DNA from: a candidate division FCPU426 bacterium
GTDB taxonomy: Bacteria; Oederibacteriota; Muellerivitia; Muellerivitales; Muellerivitaceae
Assembly: GCA_963771075.1 (NCBI GenBank)
Contig: CAVYSE010000003.1
Location: 96,001 to 160,000 of the forward strand
Length of the DNA stretch: 64,000 nt
Direction of reading: 5' to 3'
Shown here: positions 32,120 to 42,971 of the stretch, piece after piece
Position numbering within the stretch: position 1 is the stretch's first letter
Layout: the number at the start of each line of letters is the position of its first letter
Notes under the pieces: generated by a model
Database searches by the model: none
Told to the model about the DNA's origin: nothing
What the model saw: only the letters and a program-made list of their open reading frames with translations
Position numbers and translations under genes: made by a program

Positions 32120-33469
32120 TCAGAGGGAATATTTTTTTATTTTATTAAAAAGGGTCTTCCTGGAAATTCCCAGCAGTTCCGCGGCCTTGGATTTGTTCCA
32201 CTTCATTTCCAGCAAGGCCTTTTCGATCCTGCTTTTCTCGTCCGGGTTGGTAGGCGTCATATCGTCCCCCTCCGGCGGGAGATGGGAGGTCTCCTCCTCA
32301 AACATCATGATCTCGTCGGGAATGTCACCCACGGTGATCTTGGGACCCCGGGTATTGATGACCATCCGGTTGATGGCGTTTTTCAATTCCCGCACGTTGC
32401 CCGGCCAGGAATAGGCCTGCAATTCCTGAATGACCTCCGCCGGCAGGACATCGAGTTTTTTATCGAACGCCTGGCAGGCTTCCTTCCAGAAAAAGCGGGC
32501 CAATTCGGTCACGTCGTTGGGCCGGCTCCGGAGGGGGGGAAGTTTCAAGGGGATGACATTGAGACGGTAATAAAGATCGGCGCGGAACTTGCCTTCCCGG
32601 GTTTCCTTTTCCAGGTCCCGGTTGGTCGCTGCGATGATCCGGACGTCCAGTAGGACCTCCTTCACCCCGCCCAAGCGGCGCAACTTGTGGTCTTCCAATA
32701 CCTTTAAAAGCTTGGTCTGGGTGGAAAGGGGCATTTCCCCCACCTCATCCAGGAACAGGCTCCCTCCTTGGGCGGCCTCGAAAAGCCCGAGCTTCTGCTT
32801 GCGCGCGTCCGTGAAGGCGCCGGCCTCGTATCCGAAAAGCTCGGATTCCATGAGGGTCTCGGGGAGGGCTCCACAATGAAGTTCCACGAAGGGCTTGGCC
32901 GAACGGGGGGAAAGGTAATGGATGAGCTTGGCCGCGTGTTCCTTGCCCGTGCCCGTTTCCCCCAGGATCAGGGCCGTCACCTTGTCGAGCTGGGCCAGTT
33001 TCTCGATTTTCTCGTAGACCTGGGCCATGGCGGGATCGGAAAGGAACAGGTATTCGTGGGCGAACTGGTCCTGGAGGTACTTCTTCAAGACAGCGACTTC
33101 CTTCCGCAAGCCGAGCTTCTCGCTCGAGCGGTTCAAAACAATTTGCAAGTCGTCCAGGTTCAGGGGTTTTTGGAGATAGTCCTCCGCGCCGGAGCGGATG
33201 GCTTCCACCGCGGTCTTGATGGCCGCGGCCGCGGTCATGATCACGACGCCCACATTGGGATGGTCCTTGCGAAAACCGTCCAGGAGTTCCAGTCCATTGA
33301 TGTCGGGCAGGTAGAGGTCGAGCAGGATCAGGTCCGGCTTAAAGTCCCGGGCCATCTGCTTACCTTCCGCCCCCGTGTAAGCCGAGAAGGTTTCATGGCC
33401 CAATTCCAACAAGAAGGGGGACAGGGCCACATGCATGGATTTCTCATCGTCAATAAGTAGTATTTTCAT
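32120..33469 (-). CDS. sigma-54-dependent NtrC-type response regulator
   Basis: Receiver, GETGTGKE, ESELFGYEAGAFTDA, WPGNVRELKN, Fis-type HTH. Confidence 0.96.
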   Translation of the reverse strand: MKILLIDDEKSMHVALSPFLLELGHETFSAYTGAEGKQMARDFKPDLILLDLYLPDINGLELLDGFRKDHPNVGVVIMTAAAAIKTAVEAIRSGAEDYLQKPLNLDDLQIVLNRSSEKLGLRKEVAVLKKYLQDQFAHEYLFLSDPAMAQVYEKIEKLAQLDKVTALILGETGTGKEHAAKLIHYLSPRSAKPFVELHCGALPETLMESELFGYEAGAFTDARKQKLGLFEAAQGGSLFLDEVGEMPLSTQTKLLKVLEDHKLRRLGGVKEVLLDVRIIAATNRDLEKETREGKFRADLYYRLNVIPLKLPPLRSRPNDVTELARFFWKEACQAFDKKLDVLPAEVIQELQAYSWPGNVRELKNAINRMVINTRGPKITVGDIPDEIMMFEEETSHLPPEGDDMTPTNPDEKSRIEKALLEMKWNKSKAAELLGISRKTLFNKIKKYSL

Positions 33470-36400
33470 AGTGGATCCCCCTCAAGCGGACCACTATTTT
33501 GCTCTTGCCAGACGGGCAGTTCAACCAGTAAAGCCGTCCCCCGCGGGAGGCTTTCCACACGGATAGCCCCACCATGGTCTTCCACGATCCTTTTGCTGAC
33601 CGAAAGGCCCAATCCGGACCCGCTTTTCTTGGTGGTGAAAAAAGGCTCAAACAGGCGCGCGCGGGCCTCCGGGGTGATACCCGAGCCGTTATCCTCGACC
33701 CTTACGATCACCTTTTGGCCTTCCGCCGCGCATCCCAGGGTCAGCTGTCCTTCCCGTTCCATCGCCTGGTAGGCGTTCAGGATCAAGTTCACCATGACCT
33801 GGCGGATCCGGTTGGCATTCACCCAAACGAAAAACTGTCCCGTTTCAAGGGTCCACCGCACCTGAACGCGGGATTGACGCGGGCCGAATTGCACCTGCAC
33901 GAACCGCAGGGACGTTTGCAGGAGGTCCCGGATATCCATCCTCTCCCGTTCCTGGGTCGTGTTTTCCCGGGACATGTCCAGCGTGTCGTTCACCAGCTGC
34001 TTCAACCGTTCGGCCTGGTCCAGGATATTCTGGACCTGGATCTCGGCCTCGGGCTGTTCCTTCAGTTTCCGTTTCAGGTATTGGGCGGACAGACCAATGC
34101 CGGATAAGGGATTCCGGATCTCATGGGCCAGGCCCGCCGCCATTTCGCCGATGGCTCCCAGCCGGGTGTATTTGAGCAGGATCTGCTCGGCGTTCTTGCG
34201 CTCGGTCAAATCGCGGAAAACGGCGGCGGCCGCCATTTGTCCCTCGAAGAGGATCCCGAAACTGATCACCTCCACCGGGATGGATTGTCCGTTCTTCTTA
34301 AGGATCCGCCTTTCCACCGGCGGGTTCACCGCGGCAATATCTCCCAGCGTCCGGATCCTGCCATGAATCTTTTCCTTTTCCTCGGCCGGTACCACCTTAT
34401 CCCAGGGCTCACCCGCCAATTCCTCCAATTCCGAATAACCCAGCATCCTTAAAAAGGCGGGGTTCACATAAAGGACCAGATCCTGGGTATGAATCATCAT
34501 CGCATCCGGCGACCGTTCGATGAGGTTTCGGAAACTCTGTTCCGATTTGATCAATTCCGACTGGGCCAGGACGCTTTCGGTCACGTCGCGGTAATTAAAA
34601 ACCAGCCCCCCGACGGAAGGATACTCCATCAGGTTGTAGCCCGACCCCTCGATGTATCTCCAGGACCCATTTTTATGTTTCAAGCGCAACCGGGTGGTCG
34701 GGGAAGGGTTGGTCTTGTTAATCAATGTTTTGAATTCATCATTCAATCGTTCCAAATCATCCGGATGGATCCGGTCCCGAAAATCGACCCCGACCCTCTC
34801 CGTGGGATCGAAACCCAGGACCCGGTGAATGGAAGGGCTGATATAACGGATTTTCCCCTCCGGGCTCAGCAGAATGATCACGTCATAGGCGTTCTCGATC
34901 AGGCTCCGGAAATAATCCTCGGAATTCTTCAGGGCCTCCTCGGCAACGACCCTTTCCGTCACGTCCCGGTAATTCAGGATGATGCCCTGGACCGCCGGGC
35001 TGTGGAGCAAATTGGTACCCATGCCCTCGATATTCCTCCAGGTCCCGTCCTTATGGCGTACCCGGGCGCGGGCATGAAGCGTCTCCCCTGGGCGTAGGAC
35101 GAGCTTCTCCAATTTGCGGAACAGTTCCAGGCGATCGTCCGGATGGACGATCTCCAGGAACTGCCGGCCCGCCCTTTCCGCGGGCGTATAACCCAATATC
35201 TTCTCGATGGAGGGGCTGATGTATTGATTCGTGCCATCCTTCGCGATGAGGGTAATGATGTCGTGGGAATTTTCGATCAAACCCCTGAATTTTTCTTCCG
35301 ATTGCCTTAAGGCCCTTTCCGAGTTCTTTTTCTCGGTCAAATCGTAGAGAACGGCCATCGAGGCGGTTTCACCCTGGAAGGTCACGGAAAGGCTGACCGT
35401 CTCGGTCTCCAACACGCTTCCGTCCTTCCTCAAAAACCTTCGTTCGACCGGGGGATTGGAAATCCCGGGTGATTTTAATTGCGCGATCCGGGCCGCCACC
35501 TCATCCCGTTCCTCGGGATGGACATCGAGGAGGGGGGACCGTCCGAGGAGTTCCTCGGCCCTTTGATAGCCCAACAGCTTGAGGAAGGCCTCGTTCATAT
35601 ATTTGTTTTTAAGCTGGCTGTGGATCACGATGGCGACGGGAAGCTTGTCCATCACGGTCCGGAAGCTTTCTTCCGAACGCCGTAGGGCGTCTTCCACCCT
35701 TTTCCGTTCGGTCACGTCCCTGAAGTTGAGGATGATCCCCCGGACCAGGGGATTGTCCAGGTGATTGGTGGCCGAGGCCTCAAAATGTCTCCATTCGCCC
35801 TGGGCGTTCTTCAGCCGGAGGAAGCCGTTAAAGATGGCTTTCGGTTTTTTCATCAATTCCAGGTAGGAATGGCGGATGGGCGCTTGGTCCTCGGGATGGA
35901 CGATCTCGAAAAAGGACCGGCCCAATCGGTCTTGAATTCGATATCCGAGGATCTTCTCGTAGAAGGGGCTGATATAGGTGGACCGCCCCCGGTCGTCCAC
36001 CAAAGCCACCACGTCATGGGAATTCTCGATCAGGCTCCTGAACTTTTCCTCGGATTCGCGCAATTCGGTTTCCGCCCGATGGCGCTCCGTGATGTCACGC
36101 GCGTTGATGACGACCCCCCGGATCAGGGGATCCATCATCAAATTCTTCCCGGCGATCTCCATGGCGACCCATCGGCCGTCCTTGTGCCTTACGCGCGCCG
36201 TGAAAACGATCATCCCCCCTGGTTTTTCGAGGGTCTTTCGGATGGGGCCCCGCACCTTTTCGCTATCATCGGGGTGGAGAAAATCAAAAATCGTGGTGCC
36301 GGACCGCTCGCCCGGCTGATAGCCCAACAAACGTTCCACCGAGGGGCTCTCATAAACCCTTTTCCCGTCCCGGTCGAGGATATAAACCAGATCGTGCGAG

Positions 36401-37275
36401 TGGTCGATCAGGGCCCGGAAATACCTTTCCTTTTGCCTTAGATCCTCCACCGACAGGAGATTATCGGTCACATCCCGGTAATTGACGATGATTCCCTGGA
36501 CCGCCGGGTTATCCATCCGGTTCGTGGCCGTTACATCCATAGAACGCCAGGAACCATCCTGGTGCTTTACCCTCACCAGGTCCCGGAGGGTCATTCCAGG
36601 TTTTCGGGCCAGCGACCGCAGTTTTTGTTGGACCTTTTTCAAGTCATCGGGATGGATAAGCTCAAAAAAATTCTTTCCTTTTCGAATTTCGTTTTTATAC
36701 CCCAGGACCTTCTCGTAGGAAGGGCTGGTATAAAGGGAAAACCCGTCCGGCCTGATGAGGGAAACGACGTCGTGGATGTTCTCGATGAGACTACGGAATT
36801 TATCCTCGGAAGCCCTTAAAGCGGACTGCGCTTCCTTTTGGGAACTGACATCCCTGAAACTCACCACCACGCCACGAATGGAAGGGTCGTTCAAGCGATT
36901 GATCGCGGTTACTTCGGTATGAACCCAGTGGCCCTTTTTGTGGCGGGTGCGCACTTCCAAGGAATAGGATCTTCCCGGGTGGGCCAGGAGGTTTTTAAAG
37001 GTCTCCCGGACCTTCCCCACATCATCCGGATGGGTGGTTTGATAGACCGTTTTGCCTTTGCGTTCCCCGGGCCTGTAACCCAAGACTTTTTCGGTCGAGG
37101 GGCTTTCATATAACCCCAGGCCCTTACGGTCGAGAATCAAAATGGCATCCTGGACATTTTCGATCAATCCCCGGAACCTTTTTTCGGAAATGGGACTGGA
37201 TTCCCCGGGGATGGGGGCCGGAGGGCGCGTTTTTTTCCTTTTTGGGGAATTCAACCGTTTGGAAGGTTTTTTCAT
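33466..37275 (-). CDS. cytoplasmic sensor histidine kinase with 8 PAS domains
   Basis: Eight FRxxxE/D-led PAS repeats; AHEIRNPL, NLILNA, DNGSG, GSGLGL. Confidence 0.95.
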   Translation of the reverse strand: MKKPSKRLNSPKRKKTRPPAPIPGESSPISEKRFRGLIENVQDAILILDRKGLGLYESPSTEKVLGYRPGERKGKTVYQTTHPDDVGKVRETFKNLLAHPGRSYSLEVRTRHKKGHWVHTEVTAINRLNDPSIRGVVVSFRDVSSQKEAQSALRASEDKFRSLIENIHDVVSLIRPDGFSLYTSPSYEKVLGYKNEIRKGKNFFELIHPDDLKKVQQKLRSLARKPGMTLRDLVRVKHQDGSWRSMDVTATNRMDNPAVQGIIVNYRDVTDNLLSVEDLRQKERYFRALIDHSHDLVYILDRDGKRVYESPSVERLLGYQPGERSGTTIFDFLHPDDSEKVRGPIRKTLEKPGGMIVFTARVRHKDGRWVAMEIAGKNLMMDPLIRGVVINARDITERHRAETELRESEEKFRSLIENSHDVVALVDDRGRSTYISPFYEKILGYRIQDRLGRSFFEIVHPEDQAPIRHSYLELMKKPKAIFNGFLRLKNAQGEWRHFEASATNHLDNPLVRGIILNFRDVTERKRVEDALRRSEESFRTVMDKLPVAIVIHSQLKNKYMNEAFLKLLGYQRAEELLGRSPLLDVHPEERDEVAARIAQLKSPGISNPPVERRFLRKDGSVLETETVSLSVTFQGETASMAVLYDLTEKKNSERALRQSEEKFRGLIENSHDIITLIAKDGTNQYISPSIEKILGYTPAERAGRQFLEIVHPDDRLELFRKLEKLVLRPGETLHARARVRHKDGTWRNIEGMGTNLLHSPAVQGIILNYRDVTERVVAEEALKNSEDYFRSLIENAYDVIILLSPEGKIRYISPSIHRVLGFDPTERVGVDFRDRIHPDDLERLNDEFKTLINKTNPSPTTRLRLKHKNGSWRYIEGSGYNLMEYPSVGGLVFNYRDVTESVLAQSELIKSEQSFRNLIERSPDAMMIHTQDLVLYVNPAFLRMLGYSELEELAGEPWDKVVPAEEKEKIHGRIRTLGDIAAVNPPVERRILKKNGQSIPVEVISFGILFEGQMAAAAVFRDLTERKNAEQILLKYTRLGAIGEMAAGLAHEIRNPLSGIGLSAQYLKRKLKEQPEAEIQVQNILDQAERLKQLVNDTLDMSRENTTQERERMDIRDLLQTSLRFVQVQFGPRQSRVQVRWTLETGQFFVWVNANRIRQVMVNLILNAYQAMEREGQLTLGCAAEGQKVIVRVEDNGSGITPEARARLFEPFFTTKKSGSGLGLSVSKRIVEDHGGAIRVESLPRGTALLVELPVWQEQNSGPLEGDPL

Positions 37276-37495
37276 TTGAATCCGTTTTCCGGAATATAAA
37301 CTCCGCTCCCCCAATGGAAAGCTTTCTCGAACGCTCCTAGTATAAATCAAAAATTCAAGGCCCCTGCGGCCCAAAGTTCGCCGCAAAAACCAAAGTTTCT
37401 TTGGATCTGCCGGATAGGATTCACTTCCAGGTTTTGTTACCATGGACCCGCTTTTGAGTCCCCGCGCTTCAAGCCTTAACCAACCCGAGGAAAGC

Positions 37496-38161
37496 ATGAA
37501 ATCCCTTCAAGTCTCCGCGTCCGTCCTATCCGCCGATTTCGGCCAATTATTGGCCGATGCGCTCAAGGCCGTGGAAGCGGGGGTGGATATGCTTCACATG
37601 GACGTCATGGACGGCCATTTTGTCCCCAACCTCACCTTTGGCGCCCCCGTCATCAGCTCCCTCAAGGGCAAGGTCCCGGTTCCCATCGACAGCCACCTCA
37701 TGATCGAGAACGCCGACAAATACATCCCCGATTTCGCCAAGGCGGGTTCCTCCTATATTCTCTTTCACGCGGAGGCGGTGCTGGAACCCAAACAAGTGAT
37801 CTCGCAGATCCTGTCCCATGGTTGTAAACCCGGAATGGTCCTGAACCCGGACACAAGCGAGGACATGGTCAAGCCCTTCGCCTCCAAGCTGGAATATGTG
37901 CTTTTCATGTCGGTCTTTCCAGGATTCGCGGGGCAATCTTTTATTCCTTCGGTCGTTCCCAAAATCGCCCGTTTCTCCCGTTGGTGCCGGGAGGAGGGTT
38001 TGGACCCGGTCATTGGCGTGGACGGGGGTATTTCCCCCAAAACCGCGCCCCTAGTCGTGGAGGCGGGGGCGAACCTGTTGGTGGCGGCGACGGCGATCTT
38101 TAAGGCCCCAGACATGGCCCAGGCCGTACGAGAATTGAAAAAAGCGGGACAAAAGACTTAG
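37496..38161 (+). CDS. rpe: ribulose-phosphate 3-epimerase
   Basis: SVLSADF, HMDVMDGHFVPNLTFG, DSHLMI, VDGGI. Confidence 0.96.
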   Translation: MKSLQVSASVLSADFGQLLADALKAVEAGVDMLHMDVMDGHFVPNLTFGAPVISSLKGKVPVPIDSHLMIENADKYIPDFAKAGSSYILFHAEAVLEPKQVISQILSHGCKPGMVLNPDTSEDMVKPFASKLEYVLFMSVFPGFAGQSFIPSVVPKIARFSRWCREEGLDPVIGVDGGISPKTAPLVVEAGANLLVAATAIFKAPDMAQAVRELKKAGQKT

Positions 38162-38218
38162 AAGCCGGAACAAACCTCAAATATTCACCGCGAAAACGCG
38201 AAGAAAGCATGATGAAAT

Positions 38219-40270
38219 ATGAAATTCCTTAGGCATGGAATAGTCTTCAATACTAAATTATCCGTCTTTGCCTTCCTATGCGTCTTCGCGGTTCCATTTT
38301 GCCTTTTGTTTTCCGGGTGCGCCACCGAACCTCCCCTTCCGACCGAAAAAGCGGAAACCGACCCGACCCTCGCCTTGCTGTCCCAGGCCTCCACCCAATT
38401 GTCCGCCCCGGACGCACCCGAATGGATCCGGGCCACAGATGAGGCGGCCGCCGAATGGGGCATCGACAAAAGCCTGAAAATCTCCGTCCGGGAGATTTGG
38501 GCGGCTCGGGCGAAGCCCAGCCAGCCCCTTCCGCCCTTATTCGTCGTCAATACCGACTCCCAAGAATTTAAGGTCGATTCCCTGAAGCGCTATAGCTTGA
38601 ACGCGGATGGCTCCGTTTCCCCATCCTCCGACCCGGGAGAATGCAGATATTCGCCGGTTGCCCCCGATCTTCCGCCCGGCTTGGCTTGCGTCACCATGGT
38701 CCAACTACCCGAGTTAAACGCGGGCGAGGCCCTTGAAGTGCGCTATACCCTCCGAACGAAAACCCTCAACCTGTCCCCCAGCAAGCCCGTTTCCGATGTT
38801 TCCGCTTCCCTGCGTCCCGTCCGGAGCGAGGGAAGTTTCGCCTTTTCATGGAATGATTTCGTTCCGGCCATGGACCGGGGCTTGACCGTGACGTTTCCGA
38901 AAGACCTGCGCCTTTACGCGGTCAACCTGAGATTTCCCGGTAATGACCAACCGCTGGATACGATCGAAGGCACCCAACACCGCCTGGGTTTCAGCCTTCC
39001 TTCCTCTCCCGCCACCCTGACCCAGGAAATCTTCGCTCCTCCCCGGTGGGATCTCTCCCCCTTTACGGGTTTCACCTTGAATAAAAATTGGGAAGAATCG
39101 GTCATGCCCTACCGCAAACGCCTGCAACAATTCCTGAACGGGGACCTCAAGGCGGTCAACGAGCAACTGGCGGACGCTTTGGGCAACACGACCTTGGCCT
39201 TGGCCGACCGCTTAGGCAAAATGAAGACGGCGGTTCATCAAAAGGTGGAATTCGTGGATACCGGCCTCCCGGTCTACTTGAATCCGGACCGGAGCCTGGC
39301 CGACATATTGGCCAGCGGTAAGGGTTCCGCCCACGATATGGCCATGCTTTTCGCCTGTGCCCTGAAAGCCATGCGGTTGAACCCCCAGGTCTATTTGTTC
39401 CGCAAGACGGATTCGGGGGACTTGGTGGGTAATCTGCCGGCCCTGGCCCAGCTCGACGGGGTCCTGGTGGCGGTGGAGGCTTCGGATAAAAGCCTGATCT
39501 GGATGGACCCCACCGAACCCCTGGCCGTTCCCAATGTTTTGCCCCTCAACGCGCTGGACCGGCAAGCCCTGGCGGTCCTTTCTCCCCTTTTCTGGAAAAA
39601 CACCCCCGCCTTCATTACCAAGGATCACCGCAAGGAAAGGGATGTGACCACCCAATTGACGGCCGACGGGAGCGTGAATTGCTCGGTGGACTTGAGCGCT
39701 TACGGCTCGGCGGACCTGGCCCTGCGGCAGTTTTTCCGCCAAACCAGCCAGGAGACCCGACGCTCCCTGGTGCTTCGGGGTTTATCCAGGCGATACCCGG
39801 GTGTGGCGCTGATGGACTATCAGTCGGGTGATTACCTGGATCTTTCCAAACCCCTGACCCTTCACTACTCGTTCTCCGTACCCCATTACGCGGAGCCACT
39901 TCCCAAAAAGGGGTGGAAAATATTCCCAATGGTGTTTGATGACGTTGAGGAATTCTTGACGGGCTTGAGGGAAACGAGGATCAACCCGGTGGTGGCGCCC
40001 CAAAATTTCAACTCCATTACCCGTGAGGTCTTCACCCTTCCCATCGGATTTGTTTGGGGGGAACTGCCCAAGGGAATCACCTATTCCAACAGCGTGGCCG
40101 AATTCAACAATGACTCCAAACTTCAATTCGGCGCCCTATCGCTCGATAGGGACTTGGGTCTTAAACAACGCGTGGTCAAACCTGGCAAGGATTACGAGGA
40201 GCTCCAGGCTTTTTATCAAGTTCTTTTGACCCAGGACCGGACGCCCTTTAAGGCCTTGTTCAACAAGTAA
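38219..40270 (+). CDS. transglutaminase-like (DUF3857/DUF3858-type) lipoprotein, catalytic Cys apparently absent
   Basis: Lipobox LFSGC; ILASGKGSAHDMAML in place of G-x-C-x-D; IWMDPT. Confidence 0.7.
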   Translation: MKFLRHGIVFNTKLSVFAFLCVFAVPFCLLFSGCATEPPLPTEKAETDPTLALLSQASTQLSAPDAPEWIRATDEAAAEWGIDKSLKISVREIWAARAKPSQPLPPLFVVNTDSQEFKVDSLKRYSLNADGSVSPSSDPGECRYSPVAPDLPPGLACVTMVQLPELNAGEALEVRYTLRTKTLNLSPSKPVSDVSASLRPVRSEGSFAFSWNDFVPAMDRGLTVTFPKDLRLYAVNLRFPGNDQPLDTIEGTQHRLGFSLPSSPATLTQEIFAPPRWDLSPFTGFTLNKNWEESVMPYRKRLQQFLNGDLKAVNEQLADALGNTTLALADRLGKMKTAVHQKVEFVDTGLPVYLNPDRSLADILASGKGSAHDMAMLFACALKAMRLNPQVYLFRKTDSGDLVGNLPALAQLDGVLVAVEASDKSLIWMDPTEPLAVPNVLPLNALDRQALAVLSPLFWKNTPAFITKDHRKERDVTTQLTADGSVNCSVDLSAYGSADLALRQFFRQTSQETRRSLVLRGLSRRYPGVALMDYQSGDYLDLSKPLTLHYSFSVPHYAEPLPKKGWKIFPMVFDDVEEFLTGLRETRINPVVAPQNFNSITREVFTLPIGFVWGELPKGITYSNSVAEFNNDSKLQFGALSLDRDLGLKQRVVKPGKDYEELQAFYQVLLTQDRTPFKALFNK

Positions 40271-40382
40271 TTCCCCGTCGCTTCCCTTCTATTTTCTTAA
40301 TCCTTTGATAAAATTTTAACGTTTAAAACAAAGAATTGTACGAGAGCCCAACATCCAAAGTTTTTCCTCCAACCTAATCTTA

Positions 40383-42452
40383 TTGACCTTTTGCATGACA
40401 AGCGCCGTTCAGGCTGCTTCCATTTTTTTTACCGTGGATCCATCCCAAAATAACAGTCACATTTCTCCTTATAGTTACGGCTCCAATGATCGGATAACCA
40501 ATAATCCAACGACCGTGACGACTCCCACCGTCCTGCTCGTGAACAGCATTCCTTTATACAGGTTGGGGGGAAACCGCCTGACCGCTTACAACTGGGAGAA
40601 CAATGCTTCCAACGCCGGCAACGATTACGGCCCTAACCATGAGGACTGGTATATGGTCCCTGGGGGCGTGACACCCCCCGGCATGCCCGCCACGACCTTG
40701 ACCACCTTCATTCAGGCCAATAACGCCGTTACCGCCTCTTCCTTGGTCACCTTGCAAATGGCGGGTTACGTCTCCGCGGATGGGAACTGCAACTGCGATG
40801 TCACAGTGACCGGACCCAATGATACCTCCGGGACCTATTGGAAGGCGGTCAGTTTCTCAGGTGGCCCCATCTCGGGAAATCCCGTGACCACTGACAACGT
40901 TGTTTATATGGACGAGGAAGTCAATTACCTCTTGAGCGCGGTAGGTGATTCGACCTCGGGAGGCGCCAAATTTTATGATTTGGACAACGAGCCGGCCCTT
41001 TGGAATAGCACCCATCCCATGGTCCATCCGAGCCAGCCTACCTGCGCCGAAGTATCCTCCAAGGGGATCAGCCTCTCCACGGTCATCACCCGTATTGACC
41101 CCAACGCCCAAATTTTGGGGCCGGTGGCTTATGGTTGGAGTGAGTACGTCAACAACCAGGGCGCACCCGACGTGAATGTCCTGACCCCTTACACGAACGG
41201 TAACGATATCGCCTACATCAATTATTACCTGGCCCAAATGCAAACCGCCTCGGCCTCGCAGGGCCGGAGGCTTTTACACTACCTAGATTTGCATTGGTAC
41301 CCGGAAGCCACGGGTTCGCACGGAACCACCGCAGTGCGTATCACAAACAATGACACCTCCCAGGGGGTCGCCATCGCCCGAATGCAGGCGCCCCGAAGCC
41401 TGTGGGATCCCACTTATGTGGAAACCAGCTGGATTACCGCCGATTCCACCGGCAACAAACCGATCACCCTGATTCCCCGTTTACAGGCCGCTGTGAACCA
41501 GTATTACCCAGGTACCCAACTTTCCTTCTCGGAATACAATTACGGTTCAGGTGAGGACATTTCCGGGGGCGTGGCCCAGGCCGATGTCTTGGGAATCTTC
41601 GGGAAATACGGGGTTGCCGCCTGCCGTTGGGATGACGGGACCAGCAATAATTATGTGGCCGCCGCCTACAACATGTATTTGAACTACGACGGGGCCAATT
41701 CGGGTTTCGGCGACACATCCATCCTTTCCACCACGAGTTCGGTCACCGAAACATCCATTTATGCCGCCAAAGACAGCTCCCACCCCGATCTTATCAACGT
41801 GATTCTGTTGAACAAGGATTACAGCAACAGCAACACGGCCTCGGTAAACCTGAACAACCTCCTGGCGGGCCAACAAATCGCGAGCATTCGGGTTTTCCGC
41901 TTTGATACCACCACCGCTACCCTCTATACCCCTGGCGCAGCCCCCACTTTCACGTCCAATGGTTTTTCCGATACCCTGCCCTTCCGTTCAGCGACCCTCT
42001 ATGAGGTCACTTTGAACGAGGGCTTTCCCACCGCAACGCCTTCCCTCACCCCCACCCAGACCTTTACCCCAACCATCACCTGGACGCCCACCGTAACGGG
42101 TACACCGACCCAGACCGGCACGCCCACCCTCTCGCCCACCATCACATCCACGCCCATATTAAACAGCCCCAATTTGCAGCCCATTCCCTTCCCCAATCCC
42201 GTCAAATATCCCGGCCCGGTTTATGTGGCCTTCAATCTCCAAAACCAAACCCCGGTTTTGGACGTGAAGCTGTTCACCACCGCGTTCCGAAAGGTCTGGC
42301 AAACCACCGTTTATAATCTGGGGCCCGGTTACCATCAGGTACCCCTGACCCTGACCGCGACCGACGGAAACCCACTCGCCAATGGCCTTTATTACGTCGT
42401 GCTCACCGACCGAAAAAACCAGGCGGTCGGGAAATGGCTGATTTTCCTTTAA
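40383..42452 (+). CDS. glycoside hydrolase family 44 with PT linker and C-terminal Ig-like domain
   Basis: RLGGNRLTAYNWENNASNAG, LDNEP, DLHWYPE, RSLWDPTY, FSEY; TPT repeats; PFPNP tail. Confidence 0.92.
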   Translation: MTFCMTSAVQAASIFFTVDPSQNNSHISPYSYGSNDRITNNPTTVTTPTVLLVNSIPLYRLGGNRLTAYNWENNASNAGNDYGPNHEDWYMVPGGVTPPGMPATTLTTFIQANNAVTASSLVTLQMAGYVSADGNCNCDVTVTGPNDTSGTYWKAVSFSGGPISGNPVTTDNVVYMDEEVNYLLSAVGDSTSGGAKFYDLDNEPALWNSTHPMVHPSQPTCAEVSSKGISLSTVITRIDPNAQILGPVAYGWSEYVNNQGAPDVNVLTPYTNGNDIAYINYYLAQMQTASASQGRRLLHYLDLHWYPEATGSHGTTAVRITNNDTSQGVAIARMQAPRSLWDPTYVETSWITADSTGNKPITLIPRLQAAVNQYYPGTQLSFSEYNYGSGEDISGGVAQADVLGIFGKYGVAACRWDDGTSNNYVAAAYNMYLNYDGANSGFGDTSILSTTSSVTETSIYAAKDSSHPDLINVILLNKDYSNSNTASVNLNNLLAGQQIASIRVFRFDTTTATLYTPGAAPTFTSNGFSDTLPFRSATLYEVTLNEGFPTATPSLTPTQTFTPTITWTPTVTGTPTQTGTPTLSPTITSTPILNSPNLQPIPFPNPVKYPGPVYVAFNLQNQTPVLDVKLFTTAFRKVWQTTVYNLGPGYHQVPLTLTATDGNPLANGLYYVVLTDRKNQAVGKWLIFL

Positions 42453-42507
42453 CCGGGCCCGCTCTCCGACCTTGCAATTTGCAATTTATAAGCTTTATAA
42501 GATTCCA

Positions 42508-42891
42508 ATGAAACGTTCCCATTCTTCATTCCTGTTGATTTTCCTGGCTTTCTGGATCACCGGGGGCCAATGGATGCTCCTCCAATCGGCGGCATGGATC
42601 CACATGGTACGGGACTATTCCCAAACCGAAAGTCTGTGCCAAGCCTTTTCCAAAACCTTCGATGGGAACCATCCCTGTCCGCTTTGCCGCTTGATCCAAA
42701 AAGAAAAGGCGGCCCAAAATTCCCAGAAGGTCGCTCCGACCATCCAGAAGTATTCATTCTTACCCATTCCATTTGCCCTGCTTGAAATCACTCTTTTTTC
42801 CAAACCGAATCTTTTTTACAACCATCCCCCGCCTCACAAGTTATTTTCAGAACCACTCTCTCCCCCTCCCGAAGCAATTTCCCAAGCCTAA
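42508..42891 (+). CDS. DUF2946-like CxxC / poly-Pro leader protein
   Basis: N-terminal hydrophobic segment, HPCPLC, C-terminal PLSPPP; precedes an outer-membrane transporter gene. Confidence 0.7.
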   Translation: MKRSHSSFLLIFLAFWITGGQWMLLQSAAWIHMVRDYSQTESLCQAFSKTFDGNHPCPLCRLIQKEKAAQNSQKVAPTIQKYSFLPIPFALLEITLFSKPNLFYNHPPPHKLFSEPLSPPPEAISQA

Positions 42892-42971
42892 AGCTAAGCC
42901 GAATCCAAGTCCGAAGGGCCTGAATTCAACAGCCCTTTTCATCCACATTCACCATTCAAAGGAGAATCCAA

